Part shown: piece by piece, positions 50,414-52,976 of the stretch
Layout: the number at the start of each line of letters is the position of its first letter
Position numbering within the stretch: position 1 is the stretch's first letter
Source: an uncultured delta proteobacterium
GTDB taxonomy: Bacteria; Desulfobacterota; Syntrophia; Syntrophales; UBA5619
DNA: 52,976 bases
Direction of reading: 5' to 3'
Assembly: GCA_963817385.1 (NCBI GenBank)
Contig: CAWFOM010000022.1
Coordinates: 1-52,976 of the forward strand
Notes under the pieces: model-generated
The model's database searches: none
Seen by the model: the letters and a program-made list of their open reading frames with translations, nothing else
What the model was told of the DNA's origin: nothing
Made by a program: the position numbers and the translations under genes

Positions 50414-51157
50414 ATGAAGACGGATGCGAGACTCATGATCATGTTGGGACTCATTGCCCTTCTGGCAAGCGGCTGCAGCGCGCCGGTCCTGAAACAGGAT
50501 ATTCCGGTGACGACGAACCCCTTGGGCGCCAAGATCTACGCCAATGGACAGTTCATGGGAACGACGCCCAACACCGTATCCCTGGAACGGACCCGGAACC
50601 ACATCCTGACCTTGATCAAAGAAAACTATCGCCAGGAGGATGTGGTCGTCGAGAAGCAGTATCAGAAAGAGCGGGTCTATTTGCGGGCAATCCAGTCCGG
50701 CGTCAATTCGGGGCTCTTTTTCAAAAATCCCGCCATGGGGATCACAAGCGGCATGGGGTCGATCTCCTCACAGGAAGAGACGGGGGAGGCATTTATCCTT
50801 GCGCCTCCGGCTGTGAAGGTGACCCTGACGCCGCTCGCGGGTTCTTCCCGGGGCGACCCCGTCCCGGCGCCCGCGGCGGCAAAGGGCGGCGCCCCCGCAG
50901 GCGCGGGCCGGCCTTCGGGCGCGGCCGAGGCTCCGCCCATGGATCAGGGCGAATTGACCAGGGAGGTTCTCAAGATCGGAGCCGGCGCCGCCCTCACCCA
51001 GATCGGGCCGGTCGGGAAGACGGTGGAGACATCCTCTTCGTCGAAAAGCTATGTAACCCCCGACGGCACGAGGGTCCGGGAAAAATCGAGCACTTCGGTC
51101 GGGGCGAGCTTCAACCCTGCGGGTCTGGTCGATGTCATCGACGCGCTGTTCAAGTAA
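50414..51157 (+). CDS. PEGA-domain lipoprotein
   Basis: Lipobox LASGC; TNPLGAKIYANGQFMGTTP PEGA motif; Pro/Ala linker. Confidence 0.82.
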   Translation: MKTDARLMIMLGLIALLASGCSAPVLKQDIPVTTNPLGAKIYANGQFMGTTPNTVSLERTRNHILTLIKENYRQEDVVVEKQYQKERVYLRAIQSGVNSGLFFKNPAMGITSGMGSISSQEETGEAFILAPPAVKVTLTPLAGSSRGDPVPAPAAAKGGAPAGAGRPSGAAEAPPMDQGELTREVLKIGAGAALTQIGPVGKTVETSSSSKSYVTPDGTRVREKSSTSVGASFNPAGLVDVIDALFK

Positions 51158-51209
51158 GGATCGGATTGACCATCAACCAGACTCAACGTCGTTAAGAAGA
51201 GAGGCCGTT

Positions 51210-51683
51210 ATGAAAAAAATCGTGAAAATGATCCTGATGTGCACCATGATTCTTGCCCCGTCGGCCGCAGTCTTTGCGGCTGATATCGCCGCCCTCGACC
51301 GGGTGAGCGTTCTGATGCCCAAATCCAAGGTGGTTTCCATCCTGGGAACAGCCGACAACGCGGCTGAGATCGGCGGCCTGAAAGTCGATCTGTACACCCT
51401 CGGCGGCGCGAATCCCCTGGTTGGTGCGGGGTATCTCTATGAGAATGAGAGCGCTCTTGCCGGGCATGCCTTCATCTTCAAAGGAAATGTGGCAAGGCAG
51501 ACGGCGGACCGGCTGCAGGCGATCGGCTTCACCCTGCTGGAGGGGAGCGGCGCTTCGTTCCGCCTTGCCGGCAAGGACGATGACACCGGACAGCCCGTGG
51601 TGATCACCATCGGCGAAAACAACGATCTCACGACGGTCATGACCTTCGAGAAGAGTTTTTATGACCGACGGGTGAATAAATAA
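51210..51683 (+). CDS. Hypothetical exported protein
   Basis: GAGG RBS; signal peptide MKKIVK...AVFA. Confidence 0.72.
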   Translation: MKKIVKMILMCTMILAPSAAVFAADIAALDRVSVLMPKSKVVSILGTADNAAEIGGLKVDLYTLGGANPLVGAGYLYENESALAGHAFIFKGNVARQTADRLQAIGFTLLEGSGASFRLAGKDDDTGQPVVITIGENNDLTTVMTFEKSFYDRRVNK

Positions 51684-51744
51684 CCGGGATTTTTCGGAGA
51701 GCGTTCTCTCTGAATTGCGTGATCGTCATCGTTCTATTGTCGTT

Positions 51745-52976
51745 GTTTCAATCCACGCCCCCGCGCGGGGGGCGACCGATTCACGCGCGATGCATCTACA
51801 CGGATCATGACGTTTCAATCCACGCCCCCGCGCGGGGGGCGACCGGCATGGTCCGAGAGTCGTCACGAGCGCGATCGTCTGAGTTTCAATCCACGCCCCC
51901 GCGCGGGGGGCGACATCCACGGCGCGCAGGACGCCGCTGATCGACCAGATGTTTCAATCCACGCCCCCGCGCGGGGGGCGACCTACGCCCTGGTCGAACC
52001 GTCCCGTGAGAGTACGGTTTCAATCCACGCCCCCGCGCGGGGGGCGACCCGCCGGTACCGGCAGACTCCTGCAGGTCATCGCATGTTTCAATCCACGCCC
52101 CCGCGCGGGGGGCGACTGCGAGCTAATCTCCGGATCAAGCGTACCAGATCATGTTTCAATCCACGCCCCCGCGCGGGGGGCGACATGCGCATCCGATACA
52201 GCTCAGGATGGCACGGCACCAGTTTCAATCCACGCCCCCGCGCGGGGGGCGACTCGAGATGCCAGGATCGACTAGGCTGATCGCATCGTGTTTCAATCCA
52301 CGCCCCCGCGCGGGGGGCGACCCAGGGCACTGCTCATTGGACGATAGTCATGACTGTGTTTCAATCCACGCCCCCGCGCGGGGGGCGACCGACGATCGTC
52401 GATGTGCATTCTCAGCGCATGCGTTTCAATCCACGCCCCCGCGCGGGGGGCGACGCAGCTGACCGGATATGCTATGCCGGCAATGATTATGTTTCAATCC
52501 ACGCCCCCGCGCGGGGGGCGACCTATGCACGCGTGATGCGTCAGCCATGCTGACATGTTTCAATCCACGCCCCCGCGCGGGGGGCGACTCGCGACGAGAC
52601 TGCAGATGCTCATCAGACAGTCTAGTGTTTCAATCCACGCCCCCGCGCGGGGGGCGACACGGATCGATGCCATGGATCAGCGTGTAGCATCCGTGTTTCA
52701 ATCCACGCCCCCGCGCGGGGGGCGACCGTCGATGCGCTCGACAGGCGCATCGTGTCGACGATGTTTCAATCCACGCCCCCGCGCGGGGGGCGACGCGACT
52801 CGATGATGCTACACGATGTCGTGAACGGGTTTCAATCCACGCCCCCGCGCGGGGGGCGACGCAATGGACGCCGAAACCGACGCCGCCATGACATGTTTCA
52901 ATCCACGCCCCCGCGCGGGGGGCGACTGTAATGGATGCTGAAACCACAGCCGCCATAACAGTTTCAATCCACGCCT
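51745..52976 (-). CRISPR. CRISPR array with a type I-C-like repeat: 18 full repeats plus 1 partial, 18 spacers of 33-39 bp, running to the window edge
   Basis: 32-bp repeat GTTTCAATCCACGCCCCCGCGCGGGGGGCGAC (minus strand GTCGCCCCCCGCGCGGGGGCGTGGATTGAAAC, with internal hairpin and GAAAC 3' end). Orientation inferred from the repeat; no cas genes in the window. Confidence 0.98.

Noticed and set aside
51719..52956. ORFs with FQSTPPRGGR / VSIHAPARGAT repeats
   Set aside because: They are translations of the CRISPR repeat, not proteins.
1..52976. tRNA/rRNA genes, integrases, transposases, cas genes
   Set aside because: None recognised by eye or in the ORF track; a covariance-model scan was not possible.

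Overview
A GC-rich bacterial chromosomal window, probably from an anaerobic deltaproteobacterium of Syntrophales type (inferred from gene content and operator motifs). Left to right: a divergent biotin locus (bioA-birA / bioB) with a BirA operator; a REC-PAS protein and a CheB/CheR fusion; a 123-bp non-autonomous IS200/IS605-type element (PATE) beside a truncated metallophosphoesterase; class II ribonucleotide reductase nrdJ with two NrdR boxes; an ABC/FtsX/AttH-lipocalin operon; assorted accessory genes; a YbhGFSR-like ABC-2 efflux operon; an AT-rich islet (RelE-type toxin-antitoxin pair plus an Apea-like HEPN gene); and a ~12.4-kb GntR-led catabolic cluster with three KRCGH ICL-family lyases, two divergent LeuCD-type pairs, an aconitase and a TctCBA transporter. 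After that come sppA, an Old-Yellow-Enzyme-type oxidoreductase, lon and hsp20, two exported proteins, and a type I-C-like CRISPR array (18 full repeats, 18 spacers) running off the right edge with no cas genes in view. About a dozen genes carry single-base frameshifts, which suggests uncorrected long-read errors. The most notable items are the triple lyase/dehydratase cluster, the PATE, the HEPN islet and the abnormal, palindrome-rich and homopolymer-poor CRISPR spacers, which may be a consensus artefact.
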